Assembly: GCA_963790025.1 (NCBI GenBank)
Contig: CAWBMP010000002.1
Coordinates: 96,001-160,000 of the forward strand
Reading direction: 5' to 3'
Source: Nitrospirota bacterium
GTDB taxonomy: Bacteria; Nitrospirota; Thermodesulfovibrionia; Thermodesulfovibrionales; Dissulfurispiraceae
DNA length: 64,000 nucleotides
The notes below the pieces were generated by a model. It made no database searches, had not been told where the DNA came from, and saw only the letters and a program-made list of their open reading frames with translations. The first letter of the stretch is position 1, and every line of letters begins with the position of its first letter. A program made the position numbers and the translations under genes. Of the stretch, positions 1 through 9,119 are shown one piece after another.

Positions 1-1
1 A

Positions 2-865
2 GAGTTCCATCTCGTCATCTAACATCTTAGAATTGGTCGTTATATCTTTAAATAGAAGATAAGCCATTTTAGTAACAATAAAACACAGCACAACAGTAAA
101 GTCGTGATGTTCATAATGTGACTCATCAAAATAGTCATCTAAATTAGTACTTAAAGAACCGAACTTATCTTTAATGATAAATTCAAAGAGATCATCGCAT
201 AACCATCTATTGTTGAAATAGTGAATAGAATTTCTTTGCTTGGCAAAATCTTTCACATCCATCTTTTTGATGATCTTGATGTATTCTCCCGGCCAAATGT
301 CAATTCTCAAGACCGAAATTATTCTTATGAATATTTTCCATATTGAAGTATGATCTAGAACAACGTTGGTTTTCCACACAACTATATCAGTATCAGATAT
401 GTTTCCTTTATTCCTATGTTTTTTCTCCAGCGCTTCTGGTTCAGGCCACAAATCTACTATGACCGACTTATTATTGTATTCCCCAATGTTAACGCCTAAC
501 AAATTAAGAAGGCTCTTGGCGGCATAAAAACATGCTTGATATGCAGATGATAGGGACCATGTTAAAATCCCCATCTTTATGTGTAATTCAGCCGCACTTA
601 AAACATGTGATGCCTTATGCAGTAGAAAAACAGCTTCCCATAAAGCATACATCCTTATAGCTGCCATATCTTTTCTGATATAAGGAGCTCCACTGACAAT
701 TAGTTCCTTAGTGAGCGTTTTGAAATCTTCAACTTCTGAGAGCAGTATTGTCGGAGGCAATCCAGCAGGTTTTATTAGAGGAATATGAGGAATCCATTTA
801 TCTCGCAGTGTTTCCCACCTTCTGATTCTTAAGCCATTGATAATCCCGTCAAGCAAATCGGGCAT
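2..865 (-). CDS. HEPN-like domain protein, 3' partial (runs off the window); not in the ORF track
   Basis: Manual translation from ATG at 865, 2 nt after the stop of 868..1893: MPDLLDGIINGLRIRRWETLRDKW...WSLSSAYQACFYAAKSLLNLLG...DHTSIWKIF...KQRNSIHY..., open to the window edge. The 'AYxAxFxAAKxLLxxxG' helix and R-x4-Y/RxxxH motif resemble HEPN domains. Confidence 0.6.
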   Translation of the reverse strand, partial: MPDLLDGIINGLRIRRWETLRDKWIPHIPLIKPAGLPPTILLSEVEDFKTLTKELIVSGAPYIRKDMAAIRMYALWEAVFLLHKASHVLSAAELHIKMGILTWSLSSAYQACFYAAKSLLNLLGVNIGEYNNKSVIVDLWPEPEALEKKHRNKGNISDTDIVVWKTNVVLDHTSIWKIFIRIISVLRIDIWPGEYIKIIKKMDVKDFAKQRNSIHYFNNRWLCDDLFEFIIKDKFGSLSTNLDDYFDESHYEHHDFTVVLCFIVTKMAYLLFKDITTNSKMLDDEMEL

Positions 866-867
866 GC

Positions 868-1893
868 TTATAGTACCAAGCCACCCTTTGTTTTTGAACT
901 GTCAAATTGTGACAGAAGCGTGCTTCGCAAATCGTCTCCAGCTTGTAATTCCGCAGCTGAGCCTGTGCCATATTGTTTCCAATCATCAAATGGAAAGTTT
1001 TCTATTTTTTTCAAAACCTTTGAAATATCTCCTATCGTAAACGTCTTGTGCTCCGTCATTGTAAGGTCAAATACGGTCGGCAATGCGTTAATAAGTGCGC
1101 CAAACCCCAATGTTTGGAAAAAAAGTGGTTCAGGTTCTTCAAAATATTGCGGAAAAATATTCCTTAACGCTTTAAAGTAATTATCGATTATATTTATTTG
1201 CTGATTGGTGTTATATATCGCTAACTTACCTTGTTTTTTGGAAAGAAGTGGCGATATAACACGCACAAAATTGGTTAATGAGAGTTCTCCTTTTTTCGGT
1301 GCTGTCACTACGACTATTCGTCCATAGAAAGTAGATTCTTCATTTTTTCTCAAAGCCGTAGAGATATCGGCTGCTTTCTCTTTAACCATTTCCGATTCTG
1401 ACTTGGATTTTGGTAATTTCTTCAACAAGTCATAATACAATGACGTTGGTACACCTTTCGCCTCTTTATTAATTGTTACAAATTGTTCAATTTGCTTTTC
1501 CAGCGACAATCCGATAAAAGCTACAACAATAAGTTCGATGTCCAAAGATGATTCATGTGATCCTGCCAACCGATGTTGCCCATCTATAACCCATCCCGCA
1601 TCCTTTTCTTTAGGAATAATAAGTTTACTTCTATCGCTAGAAATCTTTGTATTATTCCCAAAAGCTACTAACACACTGTTAGGAATTGGATTTTTTCTCT
1701 CTATGTAACGTTTAATTGAAGTAACTCTGGTCAGGGACAATGCGCGCTGATAACCCTTATCCTTGTCTGGGTCTCTTTTATCAATAGATACAATACTCCA
1801 GAGTGTTTTTGCTTTCATAGTAAAACATGCCAGCTCATTAGTCCCTTGATTCGCCCACAGAACGGGAACTTTAATAGTACCTCTTGTGGCCAT
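868..1893 (-). CDS. DGQHR-domain protein (DndB/DpdB-like, ParB/Srx-type fold)
   Basis: GYQRAL motif, 'IPNSVLV', 'WVIDGQHRLAG', 'QFVTINKEAKGVPTSL'; GGAG RBS upstream. Confidence 0.85.
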   Translation of the reverse strand: MATRGTIKVPVLWANQGTNELACFTMKAKTLWSIVSIDKRDPDKDKGYQRALSLTRVTSIKRYIERKNPIPNSVLVAFGNNTKISSDRSKLIIPKEKDAGWVIDGQHRLAGSHESSLDIELIVVAFIGLSLEKQIEQFVTINKEAKGVPTSLYYDLLKKLPKSKSESEMVKEKAADISTALRKNEESTFYGRIVVVTAPKKGELSLTNFVRVISPLLSKKQGKLAIYNTNQQINIIDNYFKALRNIFPQYFEEPEPLFFQTLGFGALINALPTVFDLTMTEHKTFTIGDISKVLKKIENFPFDDWKQYGTGSAAELQAGDDLRSTLLSQFDSSKTKGGLVL

Positions 1894-1937
1894 AGTTATT
1901 TCTCCTTACTCGTATTCTTCCTCATTGTTCCTGCCTT

Positions 1938-2549
1938 TTATGGAGCTATTCCGACTATGACTAATGGCACTGCAGGAACCCCACGCCCTTGCCTTACGAC
2001 GTTGTAAAATTCGCCTTCATAGTAGGCAACGCCCGAACTCATATGAGACTGAAGGGATTTCATGGGGAGGATTTCAATGCCCACGTCAATTTGGTCGCCG
2101 ACATAAAACGCAAGATGCTTTACAAAGAGATCATAAGCGACGAAAGAGTATTTGCCGAATTGAACTTCTATTGCAACTCTGTCTTTGACGAAATCAGTTT
2201 GATTGTAACTGAATATTGGTTTCTCCCCTGCTGACTCGATTTCCTTCTTTTGTTCGTCAGGAGTCATCGCAAGTGTTTTCCGAATGAGCTTCTCACTTCG
2301 TGTAACCCAGTAACTAACACGGCTCTCATGCCACTCTTTTGCGCGGAGAAATTTATTGAACGCCGCGTTCATGTCGATAGGACTGTAAAGCAGTTTGCCC
2401 TTCATCGTCTTTTCTTTGGACACCTTGCTTTTGCATTTCTCAGCATCTACCGACTCAATCACAGATTGAATTTCTTGCCAAAGCTGCGGCTTATGCACTA
2501 AAAGGAATTCAAGACCGTTCAGATGTGAATATGTTTCAATTATTTTCAT
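1938..2549 (-). CDS. Type II restriction endonuclease, BglII/BstYI family
   Basis: 'QTDFVKDRVAIEVQFGKYSFVAYDLFVKH' is the D-x-EVQ active-site signature of the BglII family; overlaps the MTase stop by 4 nt (ATGA). Confidence 0.88.
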   Translation of the reverse strand: MKIIETYSHLNGLEFLLVHKPQLWQEIQSVIESVDAEKCKSKVSKEKTMKGKLLYSPIDMNAAFNKFLRAKEWHESRVSYWVTRSEKLIRKTLAMTPDEQKKEIESAGEKPIFSYNQTDFVKDRVAIEVQFGKYSFVAYDLFVKHLAFYVGDQIDVGIEILPMKSLQSHMSSGVAYYEGEFYNVVRQGRGVPAVPLVIVGIAP

Positions 2550-3499
2550 CGGGCGACGAATTTCCGTTTCTTTTCTTTAATTAAACGAGGCTGATGAGCA
2601 TTATCCTCTGTTACCACCCACGGGGCAACGGTCAGACTATTGCCTGCCTCTACAGGATCGTATACCGGACGATACATGGGACGCGTCTTTAATGTCCCTG
2701 ATAGTTCTTGTTCAATCCTCTGCTTTGCAAGTTTGACGTATCGTGGAACAACCTCCGAGCCGATTCCCCGGCGGTTATGGCGGATAGCCGCAATTATTGA
2801 CGTCCCGGTTCCGAGAAAAGGATCAAAGACCCAGTCACCTTCATTACTCATTGAAAGCACAAGCCGCTCGATAAGCTCAACCGGAAACTGACAGGGGTGA
2901 TCCGTTTTTTCGACATGATTGCTTTTGACATTAGGAATAACCCAAAAATCTCCCGGATTCTTTCCCAGAGGATTGCAGGAATATTTACCGGCGTTCGGGC
3001 CCTTAAAATATTTTTTTCCGGGATACTTCTGTGGCACTCTGACAGGATCAAGGTTGAAGACATAATCATCCGATTTTGTGAACCATACAATAGTTTCATA
3101 ACGCCCTGAAAAACGACGACTGCAATGAAGACCATGTTCGAAATGCCAAATTATCCGGTTTCTCATTTTTAGACCAAGCTCATTAAAAATGGGATATAGA
3201 ACCGTATCAAGAGGAATTATGCTTCCATCATCAACATAGTTGCCGACCTGCCAACAAATGCTTCCATTAGGAGAAAGTCGCCGAACACATTCGCGTATGA
3301 CCGCAGCCTGCTGCTCAATGTATGCTTCCAGCTTAAGCTTTTTCTCGTATTCCTTGCCGATGTTATAGGGGGGTGAGGTAACTATAAGTTGCAACGTTCC
3401 CTCTGGTATTGTTGATAAGAGTCTCAAACAGTCACCGTGATAGACGACTATCTGTTCGGATTTACGGAATTCTTCTGAAATAGACCGCTTATCAAACAT
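2546..3499 (-). CDS. Site-specific DNA methyltransferase (N4-mC/N6-mA, beta class)
   Basis: Catalytic TSPPY precedes SAM-binding 'DPFLGTGTS'; 'HPCQFPVELIERLV'. SPPY favours N4-cytosine. Confidence 0.92.
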   Translation of the reverse strand: MFDKRSISEEFRKSEQIVVYHGDCLRLLSTIPEGTLQLIVTSPPYNIGKEYEKKLKLEAYIEQQAAVIRECVRRLSPNGSICWQVGNYVDDGSIIPLDTVLYPIFNELGLKMRNRIIWHFEHGLHCSRRFSGRYETIVWFTKSDDYVFNLDPVRVPQKYPGKKYFKGPNAGKYSCNPLGKNPGDFWVIPNVKSNHVEKTDHPCQFPVELIERLVLSMSNEGDWVFDPFLGTGTSIIAAIRHNRRGIGSEVVPRYVKLAKQRIEQELSGTLKTRPMYRPVYDPVEAGNSLTVAPWVVTEDNAHQPRLIKEKKRKFVAR

Positions 3500-3624
3500 G
3501 TTACCTATATTACCTGCAATGGGGGATTTTCCGTCAAGTTGTCCTTCTTCAAGAAGAAGCCAGAACCAGATAATAAAAAAATCCGAAAATGTTATTCATC
3601 TGATCGAAAATTTCTAACAATCCC

Positions 3625-3643
3625 TGGAGACGGCGTGGAGACG
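3625..3643. repeat. Tandem direct repeat TGGAGACG x2, possible integrase arm-type site near tRNA-Ser 3' end
   Basis: TGGAGACG at 3625-3632 and 3636-3643, about 55 nt beyond the tRNA 3' end. Confidence 0.4.
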
Positions 3644-3697
3644 TGTTCTTTGAGCTATTCTCAGGAATATTGTCTTATTTATCAAAGAGATATAAAA

Positions 3698-3785
3698 CGG
3701 AGGGGGTGAGATTCGAACTCACGGTAGGATATAATCCTACAACAATTTTCAAGACTGTCGCCTTCAACCGCTCGGCCACCCCTCC
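3698..3785 (-). tRNA. tRNA-Ser(TGA)
   Basis: Reverse complement GGAGGGGTGGCCGAGCGGTTGAAGGCG-ACAGT-CTTGAAA-ATTGT-long variable arm-GTGAGTTCGAATCTCACCCCCTCCG; no encoded CCA. Confidence 0.97.
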
Positions 3786-3827
3786 AGGGGAAGCAACTAT
3801 TATACTATCAAATTTCAGTTGGAAATT

Positions 3828-4265
3828 CTATTTTAGTTTCAGAAGGGCCATTCCTGAAACGGGATCCAGTTCCCGCTCGGCATTGATGCCCTTTATCTCC
3901 ATGATGATCCCTTCGAGAACCAGAAATGTTTCGGCCTTTTCTCTCATGCATCCGGCTTGAACTTTGTCACGCTTTGCGTAAGCGCCGTGGAAATGGAGCT
4001 TTGGTTCTTCCCCCTGCCAGAATATGGTGCCCAAGCCAACTATCTCATGGCTTTCGTTCAGTTCGCGCCAGACAGGTACAGGAGGCATTTTATCTGTTTC
4101 TGGCCCCACTACGAACCGGCCTCCCTTCATGCCGCCAACAAGGTAGAACACACCTGCCCTGATGTTCTCCCTCCTGGCTATCTCACTCAGTCCCTGGAGT
4201 ATCTGGTCCCCGTCTTCAAATCTGGCAACTACAATTCTGCCGGGCTCGCCGATTCTGTAGTTCAT
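3828..4265 (-). CDS. PPC/DUF296 domain protein
   Basis: 'GRIVVARFEDGDQIL', 'HEIVGLGTI', 'KLHFHG' HxH motif. Confidence 0.85.
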   Translation of the reverse strand: MNYRIGEPGRIVVARFEDGDQILQGLSEIARRENIRAGVFYLVGGMKGGRFVVGPETDKMPPVPVWRELNESHEIVGLGTIFWQGEEPKLHFHGAYAKRDKVQAGCMREKAETFLVLEGIIMEIKGINAERELDPVSGMALLKLK

Positions 4266-4290
4266 TTTTCATTAATCTCCTTTGATATTA

Positions 4291-5317
4291 TTACAATCTT
4301 GCTCCCAGTTTACTCCCTATCGCCTCATGCACTTTATCCACTGAAATGGAATCCATGCAGCGGATGTCTTTACATTTTTTTTTATAGCACGGTGCGCAGG
4401 CACTATCTGCCTTAACTATGACATGGCCGCTGCCGTATGGACCGGTCCTGGCTGGATTGGTGGGGCCGAACAAGGCGACAACAGGCACGCCGCATGCCGC
4501 AGCAATATGCATCGGTCCTGAGTCGTTAGTTACCATAAACCTTGCCTTTCTGATAAGGGATATCAATTCTTTCATATCGGTTTTTCCTGCCATGGACACT
4601 GCTCTGCCTTCTGAGTGCACCGCCGCCTCTTCTGCCAGGATCTGATCTGCTCCGCTGCCGATTATAATACTCCTTATGCTTAACAGAGAAGCAAGACGAC
4701 CGAAACGCTCCGCAGGCCACTGTTTTGTCCTCCAGCGGGCCCCCGGGGCAAGGATCGCGTAATTTCCTGTTTCTTTTCTCAGTTGTCGTATCTTCTGTGA
4801 TTCTTTCACCAGCGGCATAGGGAACGTAACAGTGCCGGTTTCGCAGCCCATGGCTGAAGCTATCTTCAGATAACGGTCCACCGCATGCACCTCCCTGCCA
4901 CCTGTTATCCTATGTGTGTAAAAAAGCCGGCTCCCTTCCCTGGCCTCACTGAATCCTATGCGAACAGGGGCCTTGCTTGCGGCGGTCAGTAAGCCGCTTC
5001 TCAGCAGACCTTGCAGGTCAATGGCAATATCATAGGATTCGCCTTTTAGATCACGCAGCAGGGTTCTGAATTCGGATACCGTGCCTTGTATACTCTTCAA
5101 CTTCTTCCATTGGTCTTTGTTAATGACCCATAGTTTCTGTATCATCGGGTGGTTTTCTAAAAGCCCTTCGAGGCCTTTTGCTATCACCCAGTGAATTTCA
5201 GAACCAGGGAAAGATTCCCGCATAACATTGAGAAAAGGAAGGCTGTGCACAACATCACCCAGAGAACTCGGCTTAACAATAAGGTATCTTCCGTGGGGAC
5301 TTTTTAATATTTACCAT
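4291..5317 (-). CDS. waaC: Lipopolysaccharide heptosyltransferase I (GT9), apparent +1 frameshift near the 5' end
   Basis: GT9 motifs 'LIVKPSSLGDVVHSLP', 'IDLQGLLRS', 'TNDSGPMHIAAA'. ATG at 5317 reads MVNIKKSPRKI and is one base out of frame with LIVKPSSLGD. Confidence 0.8.
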
Positions 5318-5335
5318 AATAGAAATACGGAACCG

Positions 5336-6844
5336 TCAAGTTTCATCAGAGAGTATAACCTTCACCGCTTCTCCAAGACTTGAGACTACCGCATCGGCAT
5401 GGGGCGATGTCTGTTGTCTTCCGGTGGTAACCAGTATTGCCCGCGCGCCGACTGCATGAGCAACCAGCATGTCAGCATCCTTATCACCAACTACAAAGGA
5501 CCTCTTCAGATCAATCCGATGATGAAGCCTTGCTTTTATGAGCATGCCTGGAGACGGTTTCCTGCATTGGCAATAATCATCGGGACTGTGAGGGCAATAA
5601 TAAAAGTCATCAAACCCGTAATGTCCGGTAAAAAACATATTCACATCCTTTGTAAAGGATTCTTTAACCAGCCCCTTCGATATTCCCGATTGATTGGTGA
5701 TCCCTATCAGCAGAAACCCCTTGTCCTTCAGTTTTCGAACGCTATCAATACCTGCCAATACTTCGAAATCCTTCCATTCGCTCATGTAGTGCGGATCCCT
5801 GCACAGGGTACCGTCCCTGTCAAAAAAGACCGCCCTCTTGTCAGGAAGAATCTCTTTGACCTTGAAAAAAACCTCTTCAGCGGTGACCGCATACATGCAC
5901 CGCATATCCTTTGTCACACATTTCCTTTCAAAGCACGGGCTGCATGAAAAGTCTTTTTTTATTGCACAGTGTCCTTCGCTCACAGGACCAGTAAGCTTCG
6001 GATCAGTGGAACCAAATATCGCCAGCGTCGGGGTGCCCACCGCACAGGCGATATGCATAGGCCCGGAATCGTTGGTAAGTATAACATCACATTCCGCAAT
6101 CAGGGCCGCAAGCTCCCTGAGCGACGTCTTGCCCGCAAGGAAGAGTTTGTTTTCATGGACACGCTTGTCGATCTCCTGTGCCAGAGCAGTCTCCTTCTCA
6201 CTCCCGAAAATTACTGTGCTGCCCCCGGTGTCCTTTCTGAACCAGTTCGCCACGTCTGAGAATCTGTCCGGCAACCAGCGCTTTGAAGAACCAAACGTGG
6301 CGCCGGGGTTAATGCCGAGTACAGGCCTGCTCAACCCGGATAGCGTTGAACGGGCAGACAACCGTTCCTCAAGGGAGAGGTGGATCACCGGCTCCTCAAA
6401 GTGAGCAGGGATACCGGCTGCAGCAAGGAGGTTCAGATAGTATTCTATATGATGGACCTTGCGGTCATCACCATGAAAGGGAACAGGATCTGTCAGGAGA
6501 AAGCCTCTTCCGTCCCGGTTGTAACCAATCCTCTTCGGGATCCGGGCCATGTAGGCAATCACCGCGGCGTCAAAGGCATTCTGGAGCAGTATGGCCATCG
6601 AGAATTCTTTTTTCCGGAGCAGCCGGGCAAGCCTGAATTTTCCGATGATGCTATCGAATTTATCATCGTAAGCGATTATCTCGTCTATATCCGGATTGCC
6701 TTCAAAAACAGACATGACAGACGGTTTCACAAGCAGAATTATCCTTGCCCCCGCGTATGCCTTTCTCAATGCACGCAAGGCAGGCATTGTCATTACAGCA
6801 TCACCTATCCAATTAACCCCACGAACGAGAATAGAATAAGACAT
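5336..6844 (-). CDS. waaF: Heptosyltransferase II fused to D,D-heptose-1,7-bisphosphate phosphatase (WaaF-GmhB)
   Basis: N-terminal 'VNWIGDAVM', 'INPGATFGSSKRW', 'NDSGPMH'; C-terminal HAD 'FFDRDGTL', 'ITNQSGI', 'CPH...CQCRKPSPGM', 'VVGDK'. Confidence 0.92.
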   Translation of the reverse strand: MSYSILVRGVNWIGDAVMTMPALRALRKAYAGARIILLVKPSVMSVFEGNPDIDEIIAYDDKFDSIIGKFRLARLLRKKEFSMAILLQNAFDAAVIAYMARIPKRIGYNRDGRGFLLTDPVPFHGDDRKVHHIEYYLNLLAAAGIPAHFEEPVIHLSLEERLSARSTLSGLSRPVLGINPGATFGSSKRWLPDRFSDVANWFRKDTGGSTVIFGSEKETALAQEIDKRVHENKLFLAGKTSLRELAALIAECDVILTNDSGPMHIACAVGTPTLAIFGSTDPKLTGPVSEGHCAIKKDFSCSPCFERKCVTKDMRCMYAVTAEEVFFKVKEILPDKRAVFFDRDGTLCRDPHYMSEWKDFEVLAGIDSVRKLKDKGFLLIGITNQSGISKGLVKESFTKDVNMFFTGHYGFDDFYYCPHSPDDYCQCRKPSPGMLIKARLHHRIDLKRSFVVGDKDADMLVAHAVGARAILVTTGRQQTSPHADAVVSSLGEAVKVILSDET

Positions 6845-6929
6845 ACGATTAGTTTAACATTTATAATAAACAGTTCGTAAGGAAGGAAGTGTTTATTATA
6901 TATAACCAAAAGATATATAATGTAGGGTC

Positions 6930-7787
6930 ATGCGCGGACCTTTTTTCAATAATGTAACAATTGTCGGCGTCGGCTTGATCGGGGCCTCGTGTGCCCTCGT
7001 CCTTAAGAAAAGGGGACTTTGCGGGACAGTCTGCGGTTATGGCAGAAAAGAAGCTAATTTAAAAGAGGCAAGAAAACGGGGCATTATAAACGAATACAGC
7101 CTCGAAATCGGAAATGCTTGTGAGCGTGCAGACCTTGTTGTCCTCGCGACTCCGGTCGGCTTATTTCAGAAGCTCCTGCGCGAGATGCGTGATCATTTAA
7201 AGAAGAAAGCACTCGTTACTGATGTTGGCAGCGTAAAAGGGCCGCTCGTCAATGAACTGGAAGCCATGATGCCGGAAGGCGCGCACTATATCGGCTCTCA
7301 TCCTATAGCGGGAAGCGACAGCTCAGGCATTGCCCATGCCCGCGCAGACCTTTTCGAGCGGGCGCGGTGCATCGTTACTCCTACGGCCTGCTCAGACAAA
7401 AAGGCACAGCAAAAAATCATTTCCATGTGGGAATCATTTGGCGGCAATGTTGAAATAATGGACCCGATGCTGCATGATGAGATTTATGCAGCGGTAAGTC
7501 ACCTCCCGCATCTAATTGCCTATGCGCTGGTAAATACGGTAAACGACAGCAACGTCGAATATTTGAAATACGCAGGACCCGGATTCAAGGACACTACACG
7601 GATAGCGCTCAGTTCACCCGAGTTGTGGAGGGACGTCGCACTTCTTAACGGCAACAATCTTGCTGCACTGATAGAACGATTCGGGAACAATCTCAAAGCC
7701 ATGTCCTCACTGATCAGAAATACGGATGCCGCAGGACTGGAACATGCATTCTCAAAAGCCCGATCGTTAAGAAAAAAATTAGAATAA
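6930..7787 (+). CDS. tyrA: Prephenate dehydrogenase
   Basis: GVGLIG Rossmann motif, 'TDVGSVK', 'HPIAG', 'SHLPH', 'GPGFKDTTRIA'. Confidence 0.93.
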   Translation: MRGPFFNNVTIVGVGLIGASCALVLKKRGLCGTVCGYGRKEANLKEARKRGIINEYSLEIGNACERADLVVLATPVGLFQKLLREMRDHLKKKALVTDVGSVKGPLVNELEAMMPEGAHYIGSHPIAGSDSSGIAHARADLFERARCIVTPTACSDKKAQQKIISMWESFGGNVEIMDPMLHDEIYAAVSHLPHLIAYALVNTVNDSNVEYLKYAGPGFKDTTRIALSSPELWRDVALLNGNNLAALIERFGNNLKAMSSLIRNTDAAGLEHAFSKARSLRKKLE

Positions 7788-9085
7788 TGGAAAGCATTGC
7801 ATTAAAGAAAAGCAGGGGACTGAGGGGGGAGTTGCTGCTGCCCCCTGATAAGTCCATCTCTCACCGGGCCATCATGTTTGCTGCGATTGCCAGGGGGAAG
7901 AGTACGGTGAGAAACCTTCTAAAAGCGGACGATCCGTTAAGCACTCTGAATGCCTTCAAAATGCTGGGTATCGAAATTTTGGGAGATGACAACAGTGAAA
8001 TAATAGTAAACGGCAGGGGACTTTACGGACTCAAAGAACCCTTTGATGTAATCGAGTGCGGCAATTCGGGGACCACTGTTAGACTCATCTCCGGCATCCT
8101 TGCAGGCAGCCCGTTCTTTTCGACGCTTACCGGCGATGCTTCCCTCAGGCAAAGGCCTATGGCGAGGGTTGTTGCTCCCCTTCAGGCAATGGGCGCCAAT
8201 ATTTCTGGTAGGGCCGGAGATACCTGTCTTCCCATGGCGATAAAAGGCGGCGGCCTTAAGGCCCTGCATTACGAAATGCCGGTAGCATCCGCCCAGGTAA
8301 AATCATGCCTTATTCTCGCTGGGCTCTATGCGGCCGGCGTTACGTCGATAACGGAGCCGTTTAAATCTCGTGACCACACAGAAAAGATGCTTGCTTCAAT
8401 GGGCGCACATATTGAATCAGGCGGTGCCGGCTTTACCGTGAAGATCGAGGGTGGTACTGAACTTAACGCGTTCGACTTGACCGTGCCTTCGGATTTTTCA
8501 TCGGCCGCATTTTTTATAGCGGCAGCCCTTATTGTGCCGGACTCCGAGCTTCTGATCAAAGGCGTCGGGATTAACCCTACAAGGACAGGCCTTATCGATG
8601 CAGCTAAAGATATGGGCGCCTCGATAGAATTGCTCAACAGGCGGGAAGTATCCGGTGAGCCCGTTGCCGATCTCTACTGCAAGTCTGCCGGTCCGCTCAG
8701 GGCCATCAAGATAAACAAAGAGGGCATCCCCGCTATTATCGATGAATTCCCCGTCCTCTGTGTCCTCGCGACACAGGCAGAGGGCATTACAGAGATACGC
8801 GGTGCGGCAGAATTGCGGGTAAAAGAATCCGACAGGATCAAAGCAATGGCCTCGGAGCTCAGAAAACTAGGCGTCGAGGTGGAGGAATATCCAGATGGCA
8901 TCGCTATAAAGGGTGCGACCGCATTAAAAGGCGGCAATGTCGAGAGTTTTGGGGACCATCGCATAGCCATGTCCATGGCAGTTGCCGCGCTTATAGCTGA
9001 AGGGACAACGATTATTAACAACGCCTCCTGCGTTGATATCTCGTTCCCGGGTTTTTTTAAGCAACTTGAGACCGTGACGCTATAA
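7787..9085 (+). CDS. aroA: EPSP synthase
   Basis: 'DKSISHR', 'GNSGTT', 'ASAQVKS', 'ELRVKESDRI', 'DHRIAMS'. Confidence 0.97.
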   Translation: MESIALKKSRGLRGELLLPPDKSISHRAIMFAAIARGKSTVRNLLKADDPLSTLNAFKMLGIEILGDDNSEIIVNGRGLYGLKEPFDVIECGNSGTTVRLISGILAGSPFFSTLTGDASLRQRPMARVVAPLQAMGANISGRAGDTCLPMAIKGGGLKALHYEMPVASAQVKSCLILAGLYAAGVTSITEPFKSRDHTEKMLASMGAHIESGGAGFTVKIEGGTELNAFDLTVPSDFSSAAFFIAAALIVPDSELLIKGVGINPTRTGLIDAAKDMGASIELLNRREVSGEPVADLYCKSAGPLRAIKINKEGIPAIIDEFPVLCVLATQAEGITEIRGAAELRVKESDRIKAMASELRKLGVEVEEYPDGIAIKGATALKGGNVESFGDHRIAMSMAVAALIAEGTTIINNASCVDISFPGFFKQLETVTL

Positions 9086-9119
9086 TACTTTGACACTTTA
9101 ATACTTTAAAGGAGCTTAT

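Noticed and set aside
868..1893. Complete Dnd phosphorothioation or Dpd system
   Set aside because: Only a DGQHR protein is visible; no dndACDE or dpdA/C in the window. They cannot be excluded beyond the left edge.
1938..2549. Assigning AGATCT specificity or site avoidance
   Set aside because: Family membership does not fix specificity, and AGATCT occurs in the window (e.g. 16662, 21682). No counts were computed.
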